Shown here: piece after piece, positions 29,437 to 38,041 of the stretch
How positions within the stretch are numbered: the stretch's first letter is position 1
Layout of the letters: each line of letters opens with the position of its first letter
Assembly (NCBI GenBank): GCA_963722595.1
Contig: CAVRNN010000006.1
Coordinates: 52,757 to 116,756 of the forward strand
Length of the DNA stretch: 64,000 bases
DNA from: Vulcanimicrobiota bacterium
GTDB taxonomy: Bacteria > Vulcanimicrobiota > Vulcanimicrobiia > Vulcanimicrobiales > Vulcanimicrobiaceae
Direction of reading: 5' to 3'
The notes under the pieces: model-generated
Database searches by the model: none
The model's input: the letters and a program-made list of their open reading frames with translations, nothing else
Told to the model about the DNA's origin: nothing
Translations under genes and position numbers: made by a program

Positions 29437-30135
29437 TCACGGTTCGGCGACGAATACCACGCTGACCGACACGGTCACGTTGACGTTGGATTGGTCAAGC
29501 TGCGTCGTCGGACCGGCTGCTGCGGCCCGCATGAGCGGCATCGGGCCTGACGGCTCGTTGACGAGGTCGATGCTCTTGATCCCGACGACTCGCAGCGCCG
29601 CCGCCCCGGCGATCGCTTCGGCGTTGGCGCGCGCCTCCGCAACGGCCTTCGCCGTTGCCTGCTGGCGCGCCAGTCGGGGGTCCGATAGACCGAAGCTGAC
29701 GCCGTTGATCGCGGTGGCGCCGGAGCCCATGCACGTGTCGCTGACTCGACCGGCGTTTGCGATCTGCCGCACTTTGACGGAAAAACTGCGCGAGACGGTG
29801 TAGCCGTAACGCTCGCCGGTCGGATTCGGCGGCATGACTTGCGGCGGCGGACTGTAGTTGACGTTGTAGTATGCGAGGGCTACGTCGCTGCGCGCGACGC
29901 CGGATTGCTCGAGAGCGGACACGATGCGATTATACGTGGCGTTGTTTTGCGAAATTGCCTCGTCGGCGTTCGTGGCGTTCGTTTCCACGGCGGCGGTGAC
30001 CGTCGCGACGTTGGGCGGCATCGAGACGCTTCCGGTTCCCGCGGCGGTGATTTCCGTGCTCGCCGCTCGCGCGGCCGGCACGCCGGCGGTCGCAAACGCG
30101 AATGCGCCAAGGAGGCAAAGGACAGTACGCTTCAT
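29437..30135 (-). CDS. SIMPL-domain (DUF541) periplasmic protein
   Basis: Signal peptide '[17 protein letters not shown]'. '[20 protein letters not shown]', '[12 protein letters not shown]' and the A-rich helix '[17 protein letters not shown]' are typical SIMPL. Confidence 0.75.
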   Translation of the reverse strand: MKRTVLCLLGAFAFATAGVPAARAASTEITAAGTGSVSMPPNVATVTAAVETNATNADEAISQNNATYNRIVSALEQSGVARSDVALAYYNVNYSPPPQVMPPNPTGERYGYTVSRSFSVKVRQIANAGRVSDTCMGSGATAINGVSFGLSDPRLARQQATAKAVAEARANAEAIAGAAALRVVGIKSIDLVNEPSGPMPLMRAAAAGPTTQLDQSNVNVTVSVSVVFVAEP

Positions 30136-30206
30136 AATGTCGTATCGTCCACCACGGGAGAGCCTTCTCCTGTGCGATATTTGGCGGAAGCTGAAGGAGG
30201 AAGACG

Positions 30207-30467
30207 TTGGGGATTCTTGCTTGGGTCATCTTTGGCCTGATCGTCGGTCTGGTTGCTCGCTGGCTCATCCCCGGAGAGGCGCCCGGCGGCATCATCACGG
30301 ACATCATCGTTGGCATCGTCGGTGCGCTCATCGGCGGCTGGCTGTACGGTTTGTTCGGCCATGTGGGCGTCACCGGATTCAATCTACCAAGCATGCTCTG
30401 CGCGTTGATCGGGGCGATCGTCTTGTTGTGGTTGCTGCGCGCCATTCGCGGTAGACCCGCGGTCTGA
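30207..30467 (+). CDS. GlsB/YeaQ/YmgE-family (transglycosylase-associated) stress membrane protein
   Basis: TTG start 6 nt after AAGGAGG. 'ILAWVIFGLIVGLVARWLIPG...GIITDIIVGIVGALIGGWL'. Confidence 0.85.
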   Translation: MGILAWVIFGLIVGLVARWLIPGEAPGGIITDIIVGIVGALIGGWLYGLFGHVGVTGFNLPSMLCALIGAIVLLWLLRAIRGRPAV

Positions 30468-30502
30468 AGGGCACGATTCCCCCGCGGGGAAGCTGAAACG
30501 TC

Positions 30503-30745
30503 ATGGCCTACATCATCACCGAGCCGTGTATCGGAACCAAAGACAAGTCGTGCGTCGACGTGTGTCCGGTGGACTGCATACACGGCAAAGATGAGGACGA
30601 GATGCTCTATATCGATCCGGAAGTCTGTATCGATTGCGGAGCCTGCGTTTCGGCGTGCCCCGTAGAGGCGATCTTCGCCGATTCCGACGTGCCCGAGAAG
30701 TGGCAGAACTACACCGAAATTAACGCAGAATATTTCAAGAAGTGA
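30503..30745 (+). CDS. fdx: ferredoxin (two Cys clusters, 7Fe/8Fe type)
   Basis: 'MAYIITEPCIGTKDKSCVDVCPVDCI' and 'CIDCGACVSACPVEAI'. Confidence 0.9.
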   Translation: MAYIITEPCIGTKDKSCVDVCPVDCIHGKDEDEMLYIDPEVCIDCGACVSACPVEAIFADSDVPEKWQNYTEINAEYFKK

Positions 30746-31005
30746 TTGCCGAAATCTCCGGGGGCGCTTTCGATGCGTTCTTCGCGTGGGCGCCGTGGGT
30801 CATCGGTGCGCTGATCTATCTCGCCTTCTACGTCGCTAAGCGTCACGAGAGCGCGACGATGCCCGCGCCGATCGGAGAAACGTATGCGTGCGCCGGCTGC
30901 GGACGCCGCGGCCCGCGGGAGCGGATGGTCCCGCAGCATCACGGCGGCGCCGTCGGGTGGTTCTGCAGCGACTGCGCCGCACAGCAAGCGGTGCAGCGCG
31001 CCTAG
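30742..31005 (+). CDS. small membrane protein with a C-terminal C4 zinc ribbon
   Basis: GTG start overlaps the ferredoxin stop (GTGA). One TM helix ('FFAWAPWVIGALIYLAFYV'), then 'CAGCG...FCSDCAAQ'. No family recognised. Confidence 0.5.
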   Translation: MIAEISGGAFDAFFAWAPWVIGALIYLAFYVAKRHESATMPAPIGETYACAGCGRRGPRERMVPQHHGGAVGWFCSDCAAQQAVQRA

Positions 31006-31011
31006 CGTTTT

Positions 31012-31941
31012 TTACTGCTGCTGGCCGTAATTCGCGAGCACATCGTGGATGCGCGAGGCCATTGAGAGCGCCTCGTCCCACTTGCGTTGCCACATGTTTC
31101 GGCCGAAGATCAGACCCACGCAGCCGGCCGCCATCGCAACGTGGGCCTTGCGAACGGTCGCGTCGTCGCCCATTTTGCTTCCGCCCGACACGAGCACGAG
31201 GCTGCGGCCGGCGGACTTGACGACCTTGCGTAGGCCTTCGACGTCGTCGAACGCGAGCGTGTCGTACGGTTTCGGCAGCTTCGCGGCGTCGTCGGGCTTC
31301 CAGACTGGCTCGTTGAGCTTGATGACGTCCGCGCCCAGCTCGCACGCGACGCGCGCCGCGTAATCGACGGCGTAGAGCGAATCGATGCCGCCCTTGGCCT
31401 TTACGGCCGAGCCGCGCGGATATGCCCAGATCACCAGGGGCATGCCGTAGCGGTCGCACTCGCGCCGCACCTCGTCGCACTGTGCGATGTCGAGCTCTTG
31501 CGAGGGGCTGCCGACGTACAAAGTGTAGCCGACGGCGTCGGCGCCGAGCCGAATGGCATCCTCGACTGAGGACGTCAGCGGGCTGAACGCCTCGTCGTCG
31601 GGCGGGATGTTTGTCTTGCCGTTGACCTTCAGCAGAAGCGGGACGCGGCCCGCATAGTGTTTCTGGTACTTCTCGGCTAGCCCGACGTGCAACGCGATGC
31701 CGGAGAAGTTGCCTTCCACCGCCAGGCGATAGATCCAATCGGTATCGATGGCCGCCGGATTGTCGAAGAAGTCGACGGGACCGTGTTCGAGACCCTGATC
31801 GATCGGCAGCATCATCAAGGTGCCGTTCGCGGGCCCGTGCTCGTACATCAGGCGGTGCAGTCGCGTCCGCTTGCCGATCGAGAGGTTCATTTCGTCAAAG
31901 GTCGGGCGCGCGATCGAGGGAGTTGCCGTGGCTGTGGTCAT
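31012..31941 (-). CDS. class I aldolase (DhnA/FbaB-type, DeoC/LacD superfamily)
   Basis: 309 aa; 'GTLMMLPIDQGLEHGP', 'DAVGYTLYVGS', 'ADVIKLN', 'SGGSK'. Confidence 0.7.
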   Translation of the reverse strand: MTTATATPSIARPTFDEMNLSIGKRTRLHRLMYEHGPANGTLMMLPIDQGLEHGPVDFFDNPAAIDTDWIYRLAVEGNFSGIALHVGLAEKYQKHYAGRVPLLLKVNGKTNIPPDDEAFSPLTSSVEDAIRLGADAVGYTLYVGSPSQELDIAQCDEVRRECDRYGMPLVIWAYPRGSAVKAKGGIDSLYAVDYAARVACELGADVIKLNEPVWKPDDAAKLPKPYDTLAFDDVEGLRKVVKSAGRSLVLVSGGSKMGDDATVRKAHVAMAAGCVGLIFGRNMWQRKWDEALSMASRIHDVLANYGQQQ

Positions 31942-32000
31942 GCCCGCGCCTTCGCCGGGCTCCGAAGGTTATCCTGAGGTCGCGCCCAAAGGGGCGGCTC

Positions 32001-32924
32001 GTGATTGACCGCGTCGGATTCGTCGGTTTGGGCGCGATGGGTGAGGGGATGGCTCGGTCGTTGCGCAAGACGGGATTCGGCGTGATCGCGAGCGTGCATC
32101 GGCATCGGCAGGCGCTGGAACGACTTCGCGCAGACGGCGTCGCCGAGGCGGCGGACCCAGGCGAGCTCGCGCGTGACGCCGACGCGGTCGTGATCTGCGT
32201 TCCGGACGCTCCTGACGTCGAGGACGTGCTCTTCGCTGCGGACGGCGTCGAGTCGGGCGCGAAGAGCGGATTGTTGGTGATCGACATGTCCACGATCTCG
32301 CCCGTGGCCTCCCGCCGCTTCGCGGAGCGCCTCAGCAAGCGTGGTGTCGACTTCATAGACGCCCCGGTCAGCGGCGGACCGGCTCGCGCCAGCGACGGCA
32401 CGCTGACCATAATGGTCGGGGCGTCGCCGGCGTCGTTCGCCCGCGCGGAGCCGGTCCTGCGGGCGATGGGACACCCGCACCACCTCGGTCCCGTCGGCAT
32501 GGGCGAAACGGTCAAGCTGGTCAATCAGATCATCATCGCGAACGTGATGATCGCCAACGTGGAGGGTCTCGTGTTCGCGCAGCGTGCCGGAGCGGACCTC
32601 GCCGCCGTGCGCGAGGTCCTGGCGTCGGCGACGGCTTCGAACTATTTGCTTGCAGAATGGTTACCCAAGACGTGGCTGGCAGGAAGCTTCAGCGGCGGGT
32701 TCGCGTTGGATCTGCTCCGCAAGGATTTGGCCGCGGCCCTGGACGCCGCTCGCGCCACGAGCCTTCCCATGCCGGCGACGGGGCTGGCATATCAACTCTA
32801 CACCACTCGCTCTGCAGAAGGGGACGGCGCGCTGGACTACAGCGCGATAGCGAAAGCCTATGAATGGAACGTCGGAGTTACGCCCACCGCGAGTCGCGGT
32901 CGTCAAGAGTCCGGACGTCAATAA
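32001..32924 (+). CDS. NAD(P)-dependent 3-hydroxyisobutyrate/6-phosphogluconate dehydrogenase-like oxidoreductase
   Basis: GTG start gives 'IDRVGFVGLGAMGEGMARSL'. Also 'DAPVSGG' and 'GETVKLVNQ'. Confidence 0.8.
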   Translation: MIDRVGFVGLGAMGEGMARSLRKTGFGVIASVHRHRQALERLRADGVAEAADPGELARDADAVVICVPDAPDVEDVLFAADGVESGAKSGLLVIDMSTISPVASRRFAERLSKRGVDFIDAPVSGGPARASDGTLTIMVGASPASFARAEPVLRAMGHPHHLGPVGMGETVKLVNQIIIANVMIANVEGLVFAQRAGADLAAVREVLASATASNYLLAEWLPKTWLAGSFSGGFALDLLRKDLAAALDAARATSLPMPATGLAYQLYTTRSAEGDGALDYSAIAKAYEWNVGVTPTASRGRQESGRQ

Positions 32925-33600
32925 GAAGATCCTCGTCGTGGACGACGAGTCCGCGATCCTGCAAACGCTGCGTTTTAATCTCGAGCGCAGCGGGTACGCC
33001 GTCGTCACGGCGGGGGACGGCCGCAGCGCGATTGCAATGGCGCAGCGCGAGCAGCCGGACCTGGTAGTGCTGGACATCATGCTGCCGGTACTCGACGGCG
33101 TCGAGGCTTGCAAGGAGATTCGCAAATTCAGCCCCGTGCCGATCATCATGCTGACCGCCAAGGATCAGGAGATCGACAAGGTCTTGGCGCTCGAGCTGGG
33201 CGCAGACGATTACGTCACCAAGCCGTTCGCGCTGCACGAGTTCCTCGCGCGCGTCAAGGCGCGCCTGCGCCGCCAAAGCTCCCTGCCTATCGGGCCCGAC
33301 GAGGCGATTGCGTTCGGCGAGATCGTCCTCGATCCGTCGCGGCAGCAGCTCACCGTTCGGGGATCGGAGGTTTCTCTCGCGCCCAAGGAGTTCGGTCTGC
33401 TCCGCGTGCTGATGGAGAATCAGGGGCGCGTCGTCACACGTCAGACGCTCCTCGACAAGGTGTGGGGATACGACTTCGAAGGCGAACAGCAAACGGTCAG
33501 CGTGCACATCCGCTGGCTGCGCGAGAAGATCGAGGAAGACTCGCGGTCGCCGCGCCACATCCTCACGGTTCGCAGCCGCGGGTACATGTTCAAAGTTTGA
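32860..33600 (+). CDS. OmpR/PhoB-family response regulator
   Basis: Receiver domain 'KILVVDDE...DLVVLDIMLP...LTAKD', then a winged helix 'LTVRGSEVSLAPKEFGLLRVLM...TVRSRGYMF'. Confidence 0.9.
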   Translation: MNGTSELRPPRVAVVKSPDVNKKILVVDDESAILQTLRFNLERSGYAVVTAGDGRSAIAMAQREQPDLVVLDIMLPVLDGVEACKEIRKFSPVPIIMLTAKDQEIDKVLALELGADDYVTKPFALHEFLARVKARLRRQSSLPIGPDEAIAFGEIVLDPSRQQLTVRGSEVSLAPKEFGLLRVLMENQGRVVTRQTLLDKVWGYDFEGEQQTVSVHIRWLREKIEEDSRSPRHILTVRSRGYMFKV

Positions 33601-34778
33601 CGCTGCTCGAGTGGTCGATCCTTGCGCTGCTCGCCGGACTGGCCGGCGGACTCGCGGTGCCGCATCTATTGCAGCGTACGCCTAAAGCGGCGCAGCCGGA
33701 CTCCGGTGAGAACCCGGCCCCGGCGAAGCCTGCCCCGGTCTCGGTCGATAGCGGGTTCGCGAGGCTGGTCGGCGCCCTGCCCATCGGCATTATCTTAGTC
33801 AATCGCGACCGGCGCGTGGAGTTTGCCAACGCGGCCGCGGGAGCGACGTTCGGCTTTGACTCGGGTCGCGCCACGAGCCTCCATATCATCGAGGCGATCC
33901 ATAACGTGGAGTTGGAGCGGCGCATCGCCGACGCGCTGCGGGGGGAGGCCTCGGTCGCGCCATTGATGCTCACCGGCGCACAGGGTCAGCGAACCTATCG
34001 AATCTCCGTGTCCCCGCTCTCCGACGACCAGGGGAGTCTGCCGCGGGTCGTCATCTTTTCCGATGATCAAACGAGCCTGGTGCGCCTCGATCGCGCGCGA
34101 AAAGAGTTCTTGTCAAACGTATCGCATGAGCTGCGCACGCCGCTTTCGTCGATAAAGCTGATGCTGGAGACCGTGCTCGAGGCCCCCGAAGAAGAGGCGC
34201 GCGATCTGTTCGTGCCGCAGGCGCTTGCGCAAGTGGACCGGTTGACGGCGCTCGTCGGTCAGCTACTCGAGCAGGCGCGCGCCGAGTCGGGACAACTCAA
34301 GTTGGATCTGCGCGATGTCGACCTGGAAGAAATCGCTCGGCCGATCGTGGCGTCGTTCGAGCAGCAGGCCTTCAGCAAGGGCATCGCTCTCGAGCTGACG
34401 GCCCTGCGCCCCGTGCGCGTCGAAGCCGATCCCGACCGGCTTGCGCAAGTCTTCGTTAATCTCATCGATAACGCGCTGCGTCACACATCGGGAGGCGGCC
34501 GCATTCGGGTCGAGCTCGATGCCCGCGATAGCGACGCCGTTCTGCGCGTCCGCGACAACGGGGAGGGCATACCGTATCGCGACCTTCCGCACATCTTCGA
34601 GCGGTTCTATGTCGTCGATCGCTCGCGCACTCGAGGCAGCAGCGGAGCGGGCCTCGGGCTCGCGATCGTGAAGGGAATCGTCGACGCGCACGGCGGCTCC
34701 GTTTCTGCGGAATCGATGCTGGGGAGGGGCACGTCGTTTACCATTCGCCTTCCCATCATGCGCATTAAGCGTCCTTAA
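33597..34778 (+). CDS. PhoR-like sensor histidine kinase
   Basis: TTG start overlaps the regulator stop. TM helix, PAS-like segment, H-box '[11 protein letters not shown]', N/G boxes '[10 protein letters not shown]', 'DNGEGIP', 'GLGLAIV'. Confidence 0.85.
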   Translation: MTLLEWSILALLAGLAGGLAVPHLLQRTPKAAQPDSGENPAPAKPAPVSVDSGFARLVGALPIGIILVNRDRRVEFANAAAGATFGFDSGRATSLHIIEAIHNVELERRIADALRGEASVAPLMLTGAQGQRTYRISVSPLSDDQGSLPRVVIFSDDQTSLVRLDRARKEFLSNVSHELRTPLSSIKLMLETVLEAPEEEARDLFVPQALAQVDRLTALVGQLLEQARAESGQLKLDLRDVDLEEIARPIVASFEQQAFSKGIALELTALRPVRVEADPDRLAQVFVNLIDNALRHTSGGGRIRVELDARDSDAVLRVRDNGEGIPYRDLPHIFERFYVVDRSRTRGSSGAGLGLAIVKGIVDAHGGSVSAESMLGRGTSFTIRLPIMRIKRP

Positions 34779-34807
34779 GACCGGCAGCCGAATCGGATGA
34801 CGGGCCT

Positions 34808-35629
34808 TTGGAATCGAATGACGAATACCGGCGGCGCATGCTCGTGAGCACGGAGGACGCGGTTTCGATCTCGACGGAGCCGAAGATCAACGTCCAAAAC
34901 CTCGACGTATATTACGGCGCGTTTCACGCCATTCGCAACGCGTCGCTCCACGTGCCGGCGAATATGGTGATGGCGCTGATCGGCCCCTCGGGATGCGGCA
35001 AGTCGACGTTCATCCGCGCGCTGAATCGAATGCACGACCTAACGCCGGGTGCCCGCGTGGAAGGGCATGTGTTACTCGACGATCAGGACATCTATGGCGC
35101 AGACATCGACCCGGTCACGATCCGCTACCGCATCGGGATGGTCTTTCAACGCCCGAATCCCTTTCCGAAGTCCATCTTCGACAACATCGTGTACGGTCCG
35201 CGGATTCATGGCGAACGCAACCGCGCCGCACTCATGAGCATCTGCGAGCGCAGCCTCAGGCAAGCCGCGCTGTGGGACGAAGTCAAGGATCGCATGGACC
35301 GCTCGGCCCTCGCTCTCTCCGGCGGCCAACAGCAACGGCTCTGCATCGCGCGCTGCCTCGCCGTCGATCCCGAAGTAATCCTCATGGACGAGCCCGCTTC
35401 CGCGTTGGACCCGATCGCGACGAGCAAGATCGAAGACCTCATCTGCGAGCTCAAGAAGGACTACACCGTCGTCATCGTGACCCATTCGATGCAGCAGGCC
35501 GCGCGCATCAGCGACAAGACCGCGTTCTTCCTGATGGGCGAGCTCGTCGAGACCGACAAGACGGCGACGATCTTCACGAAGCCTAAAGACAAGCGCACCG
35601 AAGATTACATCACGGGCCGCTACGGTTAA
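34808..35629 (+). CDS. pstB: phosphate ABC transporter ATP-binding protein PstB (no pstSCA or phoU nearby)
   Basis: '[20 protein letters not shown]', '[17 protein letters not shown]', '[13 protein letters not shown]', '[10 protein letters not shown]'. Start is 34808 (TTG) or 34838 (ATG). Confidence 0.9.
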   Translation: MESNDEYRRRMLVSTEDAVSISTEPKINVQNLDVYYGAFHAIRNASLHVPANMVMALIGPSGCGKSTFIRALNRMHDLTPGARVEGHVLLDDQDIYGADIDPVTIRYRIGMVFQRPNPFPKSIFDNIVYGPRIHGERNRAALMSICERSLRQAALWDEVKDRMDRSALALSGGQQQRLCIARCLAVDPEVILMDEPASALDPIATSKIEDLICELKKDYTVVIVTHSMQQAARISDKTAFFLMGELVETDKTATIFTKPKDKRTEDYITGRYG

Positions 35630-35740
35630 GCGAGAGTTAAGAGCACCTTAATCAGCGGCCGCTAGACTATTTGCGGTGTCGTATCGATCACGGCGTCTCC
35701 CGCGTTGCATTGGGGATTTTCGGACGAGTGCATTTACGCC

Positions 35741-35770
35741 GAATCGCCCGGCCGTGCGGCCGGGCGATTC
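35741..35770 (+). terminator. 13-bp perfect GC-rich hairpin after pstB (no clear U tract)
   Basis: GAATCGCCCGGCC-GTGC-GGCCGGGCGATTC. Confidence 0.5.
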
Positions 35771-35802
35771 CCTTCCCTAACAATGGCAAGCTATTTCAGA
35801 AA

Positions 35803-35849
35803 TTGACCAAGGTTACCGGATATGCGTTCGCGAAGTTGACTTTAGTTAC
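35803..35849 (+). promoter_or_regulatory. two TTGAC-N4-GTTAC boxes upstream of the porin gene
   Basis: TTGACCAAGGTTAC (35803-35816) and TTGACTTTAGTTAC (35836-35849). The 10-mer TGACCAAGGT recurs upstream of sbp. Confidence 0.45.
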
Positions 35850-35876
35850 TTCTATAAACAGGAGGCTCCTTCTCGT

Positions 35877-37982
35877 ATGAAGACTGCTTTTGCTCGTGCG
35901 GGGTTCCTCGCGGCCTTGGCCGGCGCGGTTGCCATCGCCTTGCCGGCGCAAAGCGCGACGGCGCCGGTGGCGCAGACGGGTTCTGCTCCGTCCGCGAATT
36001 TCGGCGCTCCGCCGCCGGGGCAGATTCCGATTCTCTACAATGACCGGCACGTCTACTCGAGGCCCGACGTCCTCAAACAGGGCCGAGTTTTGGCCGCGCT
36101 AGTGCGGGGCGGAACGATTCTCATTCCTTTGCGCTCGATGTTCGAACAAATGGGCGCGACGGTATCTTACGATCCATCTAGCAAGACGGCTGTCGTATCG
36201 AAGTCCGGAGCTGAGGTTCGGGTCACGGTCGGGAAGCCGGAGGTGATCATCAACGGCGAGTCGCGTCCGCTCGACGTGCCGCCGATTCTCTATCAAGGCG
36301 ACGTGCTGGTGCCGGTTCGCGTGATCTCCGAAGGCATGGGCGCGTACGTGCAGTGGGTGCCGGATCGCCGCCTGGTGGTCGTGCGCTATATCCCCGCGAC
36401 CCCACCGCCGGCGCAAGCGCCGCCTCCGGCGCCTCCGCCGCCGGCCGCGGCACCGCCGCCGCCGCCCTCGCCGACGCCAAATCCATTATCGATTCACGGA
36501 TTCGTACGCTCGTTCTACTTCACGCGCCAGAACGCGTCGAACAATCCGGGCGCGCAGTTCAACTTCACACCCGGAGCTAAATACAGCAGCGCAGGCGTGA
36601 ATCAGGCGAGTTGGAATAGCGCGATTGCGGTCGGCGGTGAATACGATTTTCCGGGAAGCGGTTTCGGCGTCGGCGGAACGTATCTGTACGCGAACCCGAT
36701 CAATGGCCCGTGCGTGGTCCCGGCCAACCATGCCAAGGGTGCCGTCTGCGTGACGCAGGTTCCACCCAACACCAATCCCGACGATACGCTACCGGGCTTT
36801 ACGCTGAGCTCGTTCTACGAGGCCTATCTGAAGTACAAGGCGTACGGATGGGACGGCGCGATGGGCAACATCTTGTTCAACTCGCCGTGGGCAAACCCGG
36901 CCGATTCGCGGCTGAAGCCGGCGGCATTCGAGGGCGGCTATCTCGGTTATACGACGCCCGGCGGAATTACGGTACAAGGCGCCGACATGTTGGCGTACGA
37001 GAACCGCACCAGCTCGTCGTTCGGCCGTCAAACGCTGCTGACGAGCTATCCGGCCGGCAATAACGGCCTGGCCAACAACATCATCGTCCCGGGTGGTACG
37101 GGGATCTTGACCAACGGTTTCGCGATGGGCAAGCTCGGCTACGCCAATCCTTCGGGAACGGGATTTTCCGCCGACGGGTACTTCTACGGCGTCAGCGACC
37201 TCGTCAACATGTGGTGGGGCGATGCTCAGTACACCTTCCCCGGAAGCTGGGCGCCGTTCATCGCAGTGCAAGGCGGAACCGAGCAGAACGCCGGCCAGTC
37301 GTATATCGGTAAGATCAACAGCCAAGCCTATGGCGCGCAGATCGGCGCCACGTTCAACAAGAATTTCCTCGTTACCGCCGGCTACGACGCGATTCCGTGG
37401 AAGACCGACACGATCAATCTCCCGACCGACGTGACCTGCAACAACTCGAACTACCAGATCTCGGCAAAGGCCACGCTGGCCTACTTCCTGCCGCTCAACG
37501 CGGCGCAGTGTTTCAGCAACGCGTCCACCGGCTTGACCAAGATCTACTACGGCGGTTGGGCCAGCCCGTACACCGACAACTACGACAGCGATCCGCTCTT
37601 CACGACCAGCGTTTCGCAGGGCATGGCCGACCGGCGCGCGCCGGGGACGTCCTGGAAAGTCGGGCTGCAGTACACGTCGACCAATAAGAAGTGGGTCTTC
37701 ATCGCGACCGACGCGTGGTACAACTACGGCAACGCGCTCGCGCCGGAGAACACCAATATCTGGGTGCTCGACGGCCGCTATCGCTTCAGCCACTACTCCG
37801 GCAAGGGTCCCTACCATGGCTTGTCGCTGCGCTATCGCTACATCCAACGTTCGCTGAGCAACACGTTCTGCGGCGCAGCGGGCACCACGAGCTGCGCGCC
37901 GGGCGCGCCGATCGGACAGTCTGAGTTCGGCGGTCTGCCGCTCTTCAAGTACAACCGCGCTCAGGTCGAGTACGACTTCTAG
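35877..37982 (+). CDS. outer-membrane beta-barrel (porin-like) protein with an N-terminal copper-amine-oxidase-N-type domain
   Basis: Signal peptide. The ~120 aa 'ILIPLRSMFEQMGATVSYD...VLVPVRVISEGMGAYVQW' segment resembles Cu_amine_oxidN1. A PPPA linker precedes ~480 aa rich in alternating aromatic/Gly strands, ending 'RAQVEYDF'. Confidence 0.7.
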   Translation: MKTAFARAGFLAALAGAVAIALPAQSATAPVAQTGSAPSANFGAPPPGQIPILYNDRHVYSRPDVLKQGRVLAALVRGGTILIPLRSMFEQMGATVSYDPSSKTAVVSKSGAEVRVTVGKPEVIINGESRPLDVPPILYQGDVLVPVRVISEGMGAYVQWVPDRRLVVVRYIPATPPPAQAPPPAPPPPAAAPPPPPSPTPNPLSIHGFVRSFYFTRQNASNNPGAQFNFTPGAKYSSAGVNQASWNSAIAVGGEYDFPGSGFGVGGTYLYANPINGPCVVPANHAKGAVCVTQVPPNTNPDDTLPGFTLSSFYEAYLKYKAYGWDGAMGNILFNSPWANPADSRLKPAAFEGGYLGYTTPGGITVQGADMLAYENRTSSSFGRQTLLTSYPAGNNGLANNIIVPGGTGILTNGFAMGKLGYANPSGTGFSADGYFYGVSDLVNMWWGDAQYTFPGSWAPFIAVQGGTEQNAGQSYIGKINSQAYGAQIGATFNKNFLVTAGYDAIPWKTDTINLPTDVTCNNSNYQISAKATLAYFLPLNAAQCFSNASTGLTKIYYGGWASPYTDNYDSDPLFTTSVSQGMADRRAPGTSWKVGLQYTSTNKKWVFIATDAWYNYGNALAPENTNIWVLDGRYRFSHYSGKGPYHGLSLRYRYIQRSLSNTFCGAAGTTSCAPGAPIGQSEFGGLPLFKYNRAQVEYDF

Positions 37983-38003
37983 AGCCTCCTAAGCCCGAAA
38001 AGA

Positions 38004-38038
38004 GAGAACCGTCCAGGCCTGGCGCCGGGGCGGTTCTC
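38004..38038 (+). terminator. hairpin after the porin gene
   Basis: GAGAACCG ... CGGTTCTC encloses the palindrome CCAGGCCTGG and is followed by a T-rich CATTTGTCCATTT. Confidence 0.5.
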
Positions 38039-38041
38039 CAT

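Noticed and set aside
36789-37847. 352 aa ORF antisense to the porin-like gene
   Set aside because: Arg-rich antisense frame. The plus-strand gene has a signal peptide, an RBS and a barrel-type C-terminus.
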